A DNA stretch of 32,000 nt from assembly GCA_041659405.1 (NCBI GenBank), contig JBAZYK010000001.1, positions 60,001 through 92,000 on the forward strand. The letters run 5' to 3'. Positions 1-7,160 of the stretch are shown here, one piece after another. Under the pieces are notes generated by a model, which saw only the letters and a program-made list of their open reading frames with translations, was not told the origin of the DNA and did no database searches. How positions within the stretch are numbered: position 1 is the first letter of the stretch; every line of letters begins with the position of its first letter. This DNA is from Candidatus Altimarinota bacterium (GTDB lineage: Bacteria > Patescibacteriota > Gracilibacteria > UBA1369). The translations under genes were made by a program, and so were the position numbers.

Positions 1-310
1 GATCTGTTGGGTCAACTGCTTCCGGGCGGGATCCACTTGCTACATAACTTGGAGTTGAGCCTGGTCTTGAACCGCTTGTTGATGTTGTTGTTGGTCGAGA
101 TCCGGCTACTGTGTATGTTGGACTGGAACCTGGTCTTGCGCCCGTTACTGCGCTGTATGGAACCATTTGAACGTTGGATTTCACCCATGAACTTTGAACT
201 GGAATATAAGCAATTGGCTGTGCCGGCTTCAAGTTGTATACGGCATTTACGTCTAGTGGAAGCGTACAAATCGCCGCAATAATGATGATTTTTTTAGTAA
301 TATTCAGCAT
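1..310 (-). CDS. Partial CDS (N-terminus in window, continues past left edge): putative secreted Ser/Thr/Pro/Gly-rich repeat protein
   Basis: Not in the supplied ORF track (no stop inside the window). The reverse-strand frame from ATG at 310..308 stays open for all 103 codons down to position 1. It reads MLNITKKIIIIAAICTLPLDVNAVYNLKPAQ..., then GARPGSSPTYTVA / GSRPTTTSTS / GSRPGSTPSYVAS / GSRPEAV repeats. The N-terminus has a basic n-region, a hydrophobic core and a VNA cleavage-like context (signal-peptide-like). A minus-strand TTGACA at 374..379 could serve as a -35. Listed ORFs 7..282(+) and 12..269(-) overlap it in other frames. Confidence 0.5.
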   Translation of the reverse strand, partial: MLNITKKIIIIAAICTLPLDVNAVYNLKPAQPIAYIPVQSSWVKSNVQMVPYSAVTGARPGSSPTYTVAGSRPTTTSTSGSRPGSTPSYVASGSRPEAVDPTD

Positions 311-395
311 ACGATGGGGTTTATTGGAGAAATTGATTAAAAGGGTATCTTTTTACCATATTTTTTCAATCCTTGTCAACACGCAAAATACCTTT

Positions 396-893
396 TTAAT
401 AATGGTACGTCTTCCCTTTCATTATTGTACAAGCGCGATAAAGCTGTTCCATTAACAAAACTCGAATCATTTCGTGCGTAAAAGTAAAAGCCGAAAATGA
501 AAGTTGATAATGCGCTGCCTTTAAAACCTCATCAGAAAGGCCAAAAGGTCCTCCAATAATAAAAGTAATATGACCCGGACCAAAATCGATTTTTTGCTTC
601 AAAAATTCGGCAAATTTTACAGAATTCAGGGATTGTCCTTTTTCGGTAAGGGCAATTATGAAGCTATTTTCCGGCAAACGTTTGGTCTGAATTTGTTTAA
701 GGATTTCCTGGCCCTCTTTGTTTTTGGCAGATAACCGGCCACTTTCGCTTGCTGACCCCTGTGGCGCCACGGATTCTTTGATGGTAATAACCTCAATTTT
801 GGCAAAAGCCTGAAGTCTTTTTAAATATTCCTGCTCGGCCTCCTGAAAAAACCGATGTTTGGTTTTGCTGATTTGAATAATGGTGATCTTCAT
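396..893 (-). CDS. rlmH: 23S rRNA (pseudouridine1915-N3)-methyltransferase RlmH (SPOUT family)
   Basis: Translation from ATG at 893 gives MKITIIQISKTKHRFFQEAEQEYLKRL...ITFIIGGPFGLSDEVL...LSFSAFTFTHEMIRVLLMEQLYRA. Its 165 aa length and motif layout are typical of RlmH. The ORF-track start at 1028 would add 45 non-homologous residues. Confidence 0.9.
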   Translation of the reverse strand: MKITIIQISKTKHRFFQEAEQEYLKRLQAFAKIEVITIKESVAPQGSASESGRLSAKNKEGQEILKQIQTKRLPENSFIIALTEKGQSLNSVKFAEFLKQKIDFGPGHITFIIGGPFGLSDEVLKAAHYQLSFSAFTFTHEMIRVLLMEQLYRACTIMKGKTYHY

Positions 894-1070
894 GGTTTGA
901 TCTTCAGCCTGCAGCTTAAAATTGTCAAATTGCCAGGTTGATGCAGTTATGGTCACCGTTGCGAACCGCCGACCTTTTATCCTGCAAGCGCTGCCGTTAC
1001 TGCACGTTCCGCATTGCCCCGCAGCCATTTAAAATTTCGCAGATGCAATTCTTTTTGCTTGTCCGTACTT

Positions 1071-2333
1071 TTAGCCAGAATTGGCCATTCTCTTTGCGAT
1101 CACCATCTGATCAATTTTAAATTTTGGTGAAGATTTATCCGCTTCAAGTTGGATTTTCCAATTTTGCACGCCCGTTTGCGGATTTCGATCTTGATGGCCA
1201 GTTTGGTTGTTTATCGGTGAAAGTTCCTCGTTTTTTATAAGTCCATGATGCGCAAATTGATGATGAATTTTGCAAAGTGGAACGATGGAATTTGAATCGT
1301 GTAGCATTTCCAGTGAAAATCTTTTGGCGTGATGTTGATTGATTGCCGGATTTTTGCAGCCGGGATATCCGCACATCTCCCCATATTTTTCCTTCAGTTG
1401 ACGCTGAATTTCTGCCGGAATGTGCCGCGTGGGTTTTGCAGGTGAATGTTTTGATTTTTCCTTTTGTGTTGAGATATTTTTGGATTTTATTTCTGCGACA
1501 TGTTCAGCCCTAAAGCTCTTCTTTGCGCCTTTTGGTACGTCTTTTCCCGAAGTTTTTTGCTTTATTTCTGCTACTTTAACCGTCCCGGATTGTGAAGCTT
1601 CTCGTTCATCCAACAAATATTCCAAAACTTCATCCCAATTTAGTACTTTTTTCAATTGTTTTTCAAGTTTGTGTTTGTAGAGTCTGAACTTCATTTCCGT
1701 GGAAATTTTTATGTGAAAATTAAAACTTGTTTTTTGAAAATCTTCTGCTGGAATATCCTTTCCGGCAACGGAGGCCTCAAAAATGGCTTGCTGCTGCGGA
1801 GACGTTGACTCGTGTGTAAAAACATTCTCCTGTTTATCGTTTTCTGCGCTGTTGACTGCTGCACGATCATCGAAAAGATTTTTTTGCGCGCTAGTGCCTG
1901 ACGCACTTCCGTCAATTTGTGATTTCAAATTTTCCCGCATTTGCTGATCACGAATTTCTTTTGTGAAGGCTTGCAGAGTGGCGTAAGTCATAGTTTGAAC
2001 TTTTTCGACCCAGATTTTTTCTGTTTCTGGTGTTGCAATGTTGGCAACCAGTTCCAATTTTGCCCAACCCTGTTCAACCATCAGTGCTCTCAATAACGGC
2101 ATATTTTCAAGTTTTTTATCGATTCTTAAAATTTTATCTACGGTTTCATGGCCCATCCCGGCCAACTTTGCGGCAAATTCGCGGATTGAATGGAAGCCAA
2201 ATTCGCGGTACATGCCGCGATTGGCAACTTCGATCAAGTAAACTGCGAACTGTTTTTGCAGTTTCCTGATATTTGAGCCGCATTCCCGGCATAAACGCAG
2301 TAATTCTTTATTGGGAATTTTTGTGATTTGCAT
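1071..2333 (-). CDS. HNH endonuclease domain protein with a long N-terminal helical domain (DUF222-like architecture)
   Basis: The C-terminal region CGYPGCKNPAINQHHAKRFSLEMLHDSNSIVPLCKIHHQFAHHGLI is an HNH/His-Me finger signature (C..C ... HH ... N ... C..HH). The N-terminal 130 aa are helical, and the middle is low-complexity and Lys-rich. Confidence 0.85.
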   Translation of the reverse strand: MQITKIPNKELLRLCRECGSNIRKLQKQFAVYLIEVANRGMYREFGFHSIREFAAKLAGMGHETVDKILRIDKKLENMPLLRALMVEQGWAKLELVANIATPETEKIWVEKVQTMTYATLQAFTKEIRDQQMRENLKSQIDGSASGTSAQKNLFDDRAAVNSAENDKQENVFTHESTSPQQQAIFEASVAGKDIPAEDFQKTSFNFHIKISTEMKFRLYKHKLEKQLKKVLNWDEVLEYLLDEREASQSGTVKVAEIKQKTSGKDVPKGAKKSFRAEHVAEIKSKNISTQKEKSKHSPAKPTRHIPAEIQRQLKEKYGEMCGYPGCKNPAINQHHAKRFSLEMLHDSNSIVPLCKIHHQFAHHGLIKNEELSPINNQTGHQDRNPQTGVQNWKIQLEADKSSPKFKIDQMVIAKRMANSG

Positions 2334-2713
2334 AAAAATTTGTGTTAATTTTTAATTCTTTTTTGTACGAATATTTTCTCAAATCTGCAAAATAATACAA
2401 GCTATTTTTGGCTTACTTATGCTACAAGAACATATTTTTCGTTTTTCTATTTTTCAAGAAAGATGGCCCGGAATTTTAAATCAATTTAAAACTTAAACTT
2501 TCATTTAAAACGCGTAAAACTCAAAAAAACAAAATAAGTTTCAGTTCGTATCGCCTCCCCGATTTCACAACAATTATGAAAGAAAAAATTTGGCCAAAAA
2601 ACCGTCAAGCGGAATTGAAAATCTTGCAAACACATAAAACTGAATTAAAGTTAATAAAAAATCCATTTTTTCTTTATAGAAAGGCAATAGGTCCAAGATT
2701 TACGGCTCGCGGC

Positions 2714-2741
2714 TTGCTTCATTGTAAAAATATGATATAAT
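2714..2741 (+). promoter_or_regulatory. Sigma70-type promoter with extended -10 (TTGCTT-16-TGaTATAAT)
   Basis: TTGCTT at 2714..2719, TG at 2733..2734, TATAAT at 2736..2741, about 38 nt upstream of the ATG at 2779. Confidence 0.5.
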
Positions 2742-2778
2742 AGTTATACGTAGTATTTACCCTTTGTTCTTCAAATAA

Positions 2779-3015
2779 ATGTCAGACGTAGAATCAAATA
2801 AAGAACATCCACGAAAAGCAGAAGTCGCCAAAAAAAGTGATTTACATGTGGAGAGCGGTTTGGCTAAGGTTTTTTTTGCTCGAATTAAAAGACTTTTAAA
2901 ATTTGATTGGCTAACAGAAAAAGGATCCTGGTGGAACGATAAAAATCCAAGTAAGGGCAGCTCGCCTGAAGATGGAAGGGATAAGAGTAAAAATGCTAAA
3001 GATCCGTGGCAGTAA
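2779..3015 (+). CDS. Small hydrophilic hypothetical protein (78 aa)
   Basis: ORF with a good upstream extended -10 promoter. It is a charged protein with one amphipathic stretch (GLAKVFFARIKRLLKFDWL). I recognise no family. Confidence 0.4.
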   Translation: MSDVESNKEHPRKAEVAKKSDLHVESGLAKVFFARIKRLLKFDWLTEKGSWWNDKNPSKGSSPEDGRDKSKNAKDPWQ

Positions 3016-3035
3016 AATCCGCTAATTCATCATTT

Positions 3036-3065
3036 TTGATGATTTCAGAAATTTTGAGGTATAAT
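3036..3065 (+). promoter_or_regulatory. Candidate promoter for yajQ (TTGATG-18-TATAAT)
   Basis: TTGATG at 3036..3041 and TATAAT at 3060..3065, 66 nt upstream of the yajQ ATG. Confidence 0.4.
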
Positions 3066-3131
3066 GCTGGGTGCAGGAATTCTTACGTCCAAAATCATAA
3101 ATCCTGCTTCATATTTCCTACTTCATAAATT

Positions 3132-3623
3132 ATGGCTTCTGAATTTTCGTTTGATGTGGTTTCGGAATTTGATTTTCAGGAACTGCGGAACGCGGTTGAT
3201 CAGGTTCAAAGGGAAATTTTAACCCGATATGATTTTAAGGGAACGCATACCGAGGTAACTTTATCGGACGATAATATTGTGGTGCTTGTGCCGGATACAA
3301 TGAAGTTGAAAGCGGTTCAGGATATGCTTTTTCAAAAAGTGGTTAATCGAAAATTATCGCCAAAAATTTTCAAATTGGGAGACCCGGAACCGGCGGCAAT
3401 GGGTGCTCTGCGCCAAACCATTACTTTAATTAAGGTGCTCGACCAGGAAACCTCCAAAAAGATTTCAAAAATAATCAAAGAAAAATTCCCAAAAGTTAAA
3501 GCGAGTATCCAGGGTGACTCGGTGCGTATTTCGTCCAAGAGCAAAGATGATTTGCAGGCGGCGATGGCTCAACTTAGACAAGAATCGCTGAGTGTCCCGC
3601 TGGATTTTACGAATTTCAGATAA
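3132..3623 (+). CDS. yajQ: YajQ family nucleotide-binding protein (UPF0234)
   Basis: MASEFSFDVVSEFDFQELRNAVDQVQREILTRYDFKGT... matches the characteristic YajQ N-terminus (SFD.VS..D.QE..NAV.Q...E...R.DFKG) and the ~160 aa length. Confidence 0.9.
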   Translation: MASEFSFDVVSEFDFQELRNAVDQVQREILTRYDFKGTHTEVTLSDDNIVVLVPDTMKLKAVQDMLFQKVVNRKLSPKIFKLGDPEPAAMGALRQTITLIKVLDQETSKKISKIIKEKFPKVKASIQGDSVRISSKSKDDLQAAMAQLRQESLSVPLDFTNFR

Positions 3624-3624
3624 G

Positions 3625-5235
3625 ATGGATATGATGAATGAACATTCAGAAAGATCGGGGAATCAGGATCATGCTGCCAATCAGCGCACACTGCATAAAG
3701 GAGACGAAATTGAATTAACGATCGAAAATTTGGCTTTTGGTGGAGAAGGTATTGCCAAGATTCAAATCGGTGAACGTTTTTTTACGATTTTTGTGGAGGA
3801 GGTTGTTCCGGGCGATAAAGTTTTGGTGCAGATTAATCATAAAAAAAGTAGTTGGGCCCGCGGATTTGTGAAAAAACTAATTGAACCTTCATTACTTCGA
3901 ATTCGGCCAAGGTGTAAGCATTTTGCGGATTTGGCAAAAGCGCCAGAGGTTCAAAAAAACTCCGCGAATCTCTCTGGAAAAATGGCCACTGTTCCAAAGG
4001 GCTGTGGCGGTTGTGCCTGGCAATTTTTGTCTTATGAAGATCAATTAAAATTCAAAGAACAACAAGTGCGGGATGCATTTGAACGAATTGGAAATGTAAA
4101 AAATCCGCCGGTTTTGCCGATTATGGGAGTGGCACGCGAGCCCTGGTTTTATCGGAATAAAATGGAATTCAGTTTTCATAAAACGCTGGATGGACGCATT
4201 GATCTGGGGCTTCACTGCAAGCGCCAGCATTATGATGTGATTGAACTTACGGAATGTTTTTTGCTTGGCGATTACGTTGGTGAATTGGTTAAAGAGGCGC
4301 GGGAATTTTTTAGGAAACTTGATGCAGAAAAAAAGCTTGATCCGGAAATTATTTTAAAAACTTTAACGATTCGTGAAGGAAAACACACGGGTGAAAAAAT
4401 GCTGATACTGACAGCAGAAAATGGCAAGGTGGAAGGTGATGGCGATAATGTGGAGTTCGCTCGTATGGCTAATTCATCGCTTCCGGCAGGTAACGCCGCG
4501 AGTCGACCGTTGGAGTCTTTTAAAAACTGGGCTTTGGATTTTTTTCAAAAAAGAAATTTACAATTGAACAGTCTTTATTTTATCCACATTCAAAGTCAAA
4601 AAGGAAAACGCACGGAATTAAAGGAATATTTAATTCATGGTAAACCAACAATTCGTGAAGAAATTCATTTGGACGAAAAGATGGCACTCACTTTTGATAT
4701 TTCTCCGCAGGCTTTTTTTCAGCCGAATACTTTGCAAGCCGGAAAACTTTATTCCGTAGCCATGCAAGCGGCGAAACTACAAGGAAAAGAAATTGTTTAT
4801 GATCTGTTTTGTGGAACCGGGACGATTGGAATTTTTTGTGCGCAACGTGCCAAAAAAGTTTATGGAATAGAATTAAATGCGAGTGCTTTGGAAAACGCGC
4901 GTCAGAATGCGCAATTAAACAACGTGAAAAATGTGGAGTTTTTTGTGGGAGATGTTGATCACCTGTTGTCTGAATTGAAAGAAGAACCGGATGTTATTAT
5001 TGTTGATCCTCCGCGCAATGGCTTAATGCCTTCTGTCGTTGCGCAGCTTATTGAAAAATTGCAAAAGTCCAAATCACTTTCACGTCTGGTTTATGTTTCC
5101 TGCAATCCATCAACTATGGCGCGTGATGCGCAGCTTTTAATTAAAGGCGGTTATGTTTTAAAGAGTGTGCAGCCGGTGGATATGTTTCCGCAAACCTATC
5201 ACATTGAAAATGTGGCTTTGTTTGAGCGCGCATAA
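3625..5235 (+). CDS. rlmD: RumA/RlmD-type 23S rRNA (uracil-C5)-methyltransferase (TRAM domain + Fe-S cysteines + SAM MTase)
   Basis: N-terminal TRAM-like region (GDEIELTIENLAFGGEGIAKI...PGDKVLVQI). Cys cluster C..(x)..CGGCAWQ. SAM-binding DLFCGTGTIG, then VDPPRNG and the catalytic YVSCNP motif. I chose ATG 3625, just after the yajQ stop, over the track start 3592, which overlaps yajQ. Exact substrate (rRNA vs tRNA U54) cannot be told from sequence. Confidence 0.85.
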   Translation: MDMMNEHSERSGNQDHAANQRTLHKGDEIELTIENLAFGGEGIAKIQIGERFFTIFVEEVVPGDKVLVQINHKKSSWARGFVKKLIEPSLLRIRPRCKHFADLAKAPEVQKNSANLSGKMATVPKGCGGCAWQFLSYEDQLKFKEQQVRDAFERIGNVKNPPVLPIMGVAREPWFYRNKMEFSFHKTLDGRIDLGLHCKRQHYDVIELTECFLLGDYVGELVKEAREFFRKLDAEKKLDPEIILKTLTIREGKHTGEKMLILTAENGKVEGDGDNVEFARMANSSLPAGNAASRPLESFKNWALDFFQKRNLQLNSLYFIHIQSQKGKRTELKEYLIHGKPTIREEIHLDEKMALTFDISPQAFFQPNTLQAGKLYSVAMQAAKLQGKEIVYDLFCGTGTIGIFCAQRAKKVYGIELNASALENARQNAQLNNVKNVEFFVGDVDHLLSELKEEPDVIIVDPPRNGLMPSVVAQLIEKLQKSKSLSRLVYVSCNPSTMARDAQLLIKGGYVLKSVQPVDMFPQTYHIENVALFERA

Positions 5236-5264
5236 TTTAGTTCAGGCAATTGGCCTCGCGCTAC

Positions 5265-5299
5265 AAAAAAGGACCCCCGTTTTTGGAGAGTCCTTTTTA
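5265..5299. terminator. Bidirectional Rho-independent terminator between convergent genes
   Basis: AAAAAAGGAC...GTCCTTTTT: a GGAC/GTCC-based stem flanked by an A-run on the left and a T-run on the right. It reads as hairpin + U-tract on both strands. It sits between the rlmD stop (5235) and the stop of the minus-strand gene (5332). Confidence 0.65.
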
Positions 5300-5331
5300 A
5301 AATTTACAATTTGAGAGCTACCGTTTTAGCT

Positions 5332-5595
5332 TTATTTTTTGAAGTTTTCAGGTAGTTTTGAACCTTTAACAAGGGCGGCAAGTCCACCAACAATCATGTA
5401 TAAAAATACTACGGTTGCTTCACGTGTGAGCAAAATGTAATAAGAAACTATTCCGCTTTTAACATCAAAAAGTGGGAGTGCCGGAGTACCAAAAAATGCC
5501 CAGATGTACATAGCAATATTGAGTAAAAACTCAAGCAGTAAAAGTACAGCGATGGTGTTGCAAATCCCCATCAGTAATTTTTTGTTTAAGAGCAT
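5332..5595 (-). CDS. Small integral membrane protein (87 aa, about 3 hydrophobic segments)
   Basis: MLLNKKLLMGICNTIAVLLLLEFLLNIAMYIWAFFG...VVFLYMIVGGLAALV: hydrophobic helices with a basic C-terminus. No family recognised. Confidence 0.5.
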   Translation of the reverse strand: MLLNKKLLMGICNTIAVLLLLEFLLNIAMYIWAFFGTPALPLFDVKSGIVSYYILLTREATVVFLYMIVGGLAALVKGSKLPENFKK

Positions 5596-5732
5596 ACGTG
5601 AAGGTTAAAAAATAATTTTCTTAATTGTACGGGAGTGTATTTTTTTTTACAAGAAACTTGGGTCTTTTGCCGCTAAATGGTCTTGATCAACGTAGGATTT
5701 GTTTTAGGGGTGTAATGAGCAAGACCTATGCT

Positions 5733-7040
5733 TTATTTCATTTTTTTCACAAATTCGAGTGCCTGTTTTTTGGTTTTTATTTTTCCTTCAAGTTGTTGTT
5801 CAAATGCCTGTTCCAAAATTTCACCAATGCGTTTTCCTGGCTTTAGGCCTAGTAATTCCATGATATCTTCGCCATGCAAAAGTGGGCGCGGCAGCTTGGA
5901 CATTTTCTTAATTGACTCCTGGTAAAGTTCACGCACCTGATCAACAATTTCCAAATCCTGGGGTGTTGTTCCACGGGCATCGGACTCAAATAATTTCAGC
6001 AAATCTTTAAAATATGGATGCAAAAACCAGTGCATTCTGCGACCTTCCGGCATGGTTAAAAGTGACAGCAGCATCATGTGATGTTGCACCAGCCAACAAA
6101 CTTCATCAATAACTTTATTTTCAAAATGAAGACGCGTAAGCAGCTTATTTGCAATCTCGTAGGAGGCGTGATCATGATGATCAAACCGAATGCGTTCTTT
6201 TACACTAAAAGTTTTTGGTTTTCCAACATCATGCAGTAAAGTTGCCCAACGCAAGGTTAATGAAGCATCTTCCGAAAGCGTAGCCAACGATTGCATGGCA
6301 TGATTCCAGACATCACCTTCCTGATGATATTGATAAGGCTGCGCAACACCTTTCATTGTCTGTAATTCCGGCAAAATTATTTTTAAAACGCCGGTATCCT
6401 CCAAATCCTGAAAAGCGTTTACGGCATAAGGCGAAATAATCATTTTATTCAGCTCATCACGAATGCGTTCATTGGAAACTTTGTCGATCAAAAGCGAAGA
6501 ATGTTTTAGCAGCGCATTGTAAGTCTCGGGATCATACTGAAAATTAAGAACATTTTTAAAACGAATCGCACGCAAAACGCGTAAATGATCTTCCATAATG
6601 CGCTCATTTGGATTGCCAATAAATCTGATCAGCCGCGCATCAAGATCCTTTTGTCCGTCAACATAATCAAGCACTTTATCCTCCAGCGGATCATAAAACA
6701 TACCATTGATTGTAAAATCGCGACGCTTGGCATCTTCCTCCGCACTGGTAAAAATAACCGCATCGGGACGGCGTCCATCCGAGTAACCGCTATCCGAACG
6801 AAACGTGGCAATTTCAAAATGATGACCATCAACAATCGCCAAAATAACACCAAATTGTTTGCCGATTGGAATGGTATGACTTAGGATTTTTTCGATTTCT
6901 TCGGGCTTGGCGTTTGTAACAATATCAAAGTCTTTTGGCTTGATACCGAGCAACATATCACGAACACAACCGCCGGCCCAATAAGCCTCGAATCCGGCTT
7001 TTTTAAATTTTTTGATGATTTCGACAGAGGTAACTTTCAC
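5733..7040 (-). CDS. cca: CCA-adding tRNA nucleotidyltransferase with HD domain
   Basis: N-terminal EAYWAGGCVRDMLLG..PKDFDIVT (GGxVRD + DxD nucleotidyltransferase motifs), RRDFTINGM, and a C-terminal HD motif (LLHDVGKP). The start codon is GTG at 7040. Confidence 0.9.
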   Translation of the reverse strand: MKVTSVEIIKKFKKAGFEAYWAGGCVRDMLLGIKPKDFDIVTNAKPEEIEKILSHTIPIGKQFGVILAIVDGHHFEIATFRSDSGYSDGRRPDAVIFTSAEEDAKRRDFTINGMFYDPLEDKVLDYVDGQKDLDARLIRFIGNPNERIMEDHLRVLRAIRFKNVLNFQYDPETYNALLKHSSLLIDKVSNERIRDELNKMIISPYAVNAFQDLEDTGVLKIILPELQTMKGVAQPYQYHQEGDVWNHAMQSLATLSEDASLTLRWATLLHDVGKPKTFSVKERIRFDHHDHASYEIANKLLTRLHFENKVIDEVCWLVQHHMMLLSLLTMPEGRRMHWFLHPYFKDLLKLFESDARGTTPQDLEIVDQVRELYQESIKKMSKLPRPLLHGEDIMELLGLKPGKRIGEILEQAFEQQLEGKIKTKKQALEFVKKMK

Positions 7041-7046
7041 GCGTAT

Positions 7047-7055
7047 ATTATAGCA
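7047..7055 (-). promoter_or_regulatory. Extended -10 element TGcTATAAT for cca
   Basis: The reverse complement of 7047..7055 is TGCTATAAT. Only 6 nt (ATACGC) separate it from the GTG start at 7040. Confidence 0.45.
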
Positions 7056-7160
7056 TGAATTTGGCAGCGAATGTTTGAATTTATTGACAAATGATCATTG
7101 TTTTATAGAGAATGCCCGTGTAGGTAAAAGATCTATGGCTTACTTTAAAGGTGAATTTTT

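Noticed and set aside
7-282. Listed ORFs 7..282(+) (91 aa, Leu-rich) and 12..269(-) (85 aa)
   Set aside because: Both have implausible composition and no start context. A third frame on the minus strand (1..310) has a signal peptide, repeats and a longer open frame, so these two look like shadow ORFs.
894-1028. N-terminal extension of rlmH to the track start at 1028
   Set aside because: RlmH proteins start at MKI..I..GK. The 45 extra residues are non-homologous, and a promoter-like TTGACA-17-GAAGAT lies inside the extension.
2576-2740. 54 aa basic ORF (MKEKIWPKNRQAELKILQTHK...) in the AT-rich tract
   Set aside because: Its 3' end overlaps the promoter of the next gene, it has no recognisable features, and ORFs of this size arise by chance in AT-rich DNA. 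Kept only as a remark.
3026-3045. Weak hairpin TCATCA-TTTT-TGATGA after the 78 aa ORF as a terminator
   Set aside because: The stem is all A/T with marginal stability, and it overlaps the candidate yajQ -35. Too weak to call.
3592-3624. Track start of the methyltransferase ORF overlapping yajQ by 32 nt
   Set aside because: ATG 3625 directly after the yajQ stop gives a normal N-terminus. The overlap adds only MSRWILRISDK.
5661-5727. GGTCTTG ... CAAGACC long-range complement downstream of cca
   Set aside because: The 7-bp stem has a ~33 nt loop and no U-tract on the minus strand, so it is not convincing as a terminator or RNA element.
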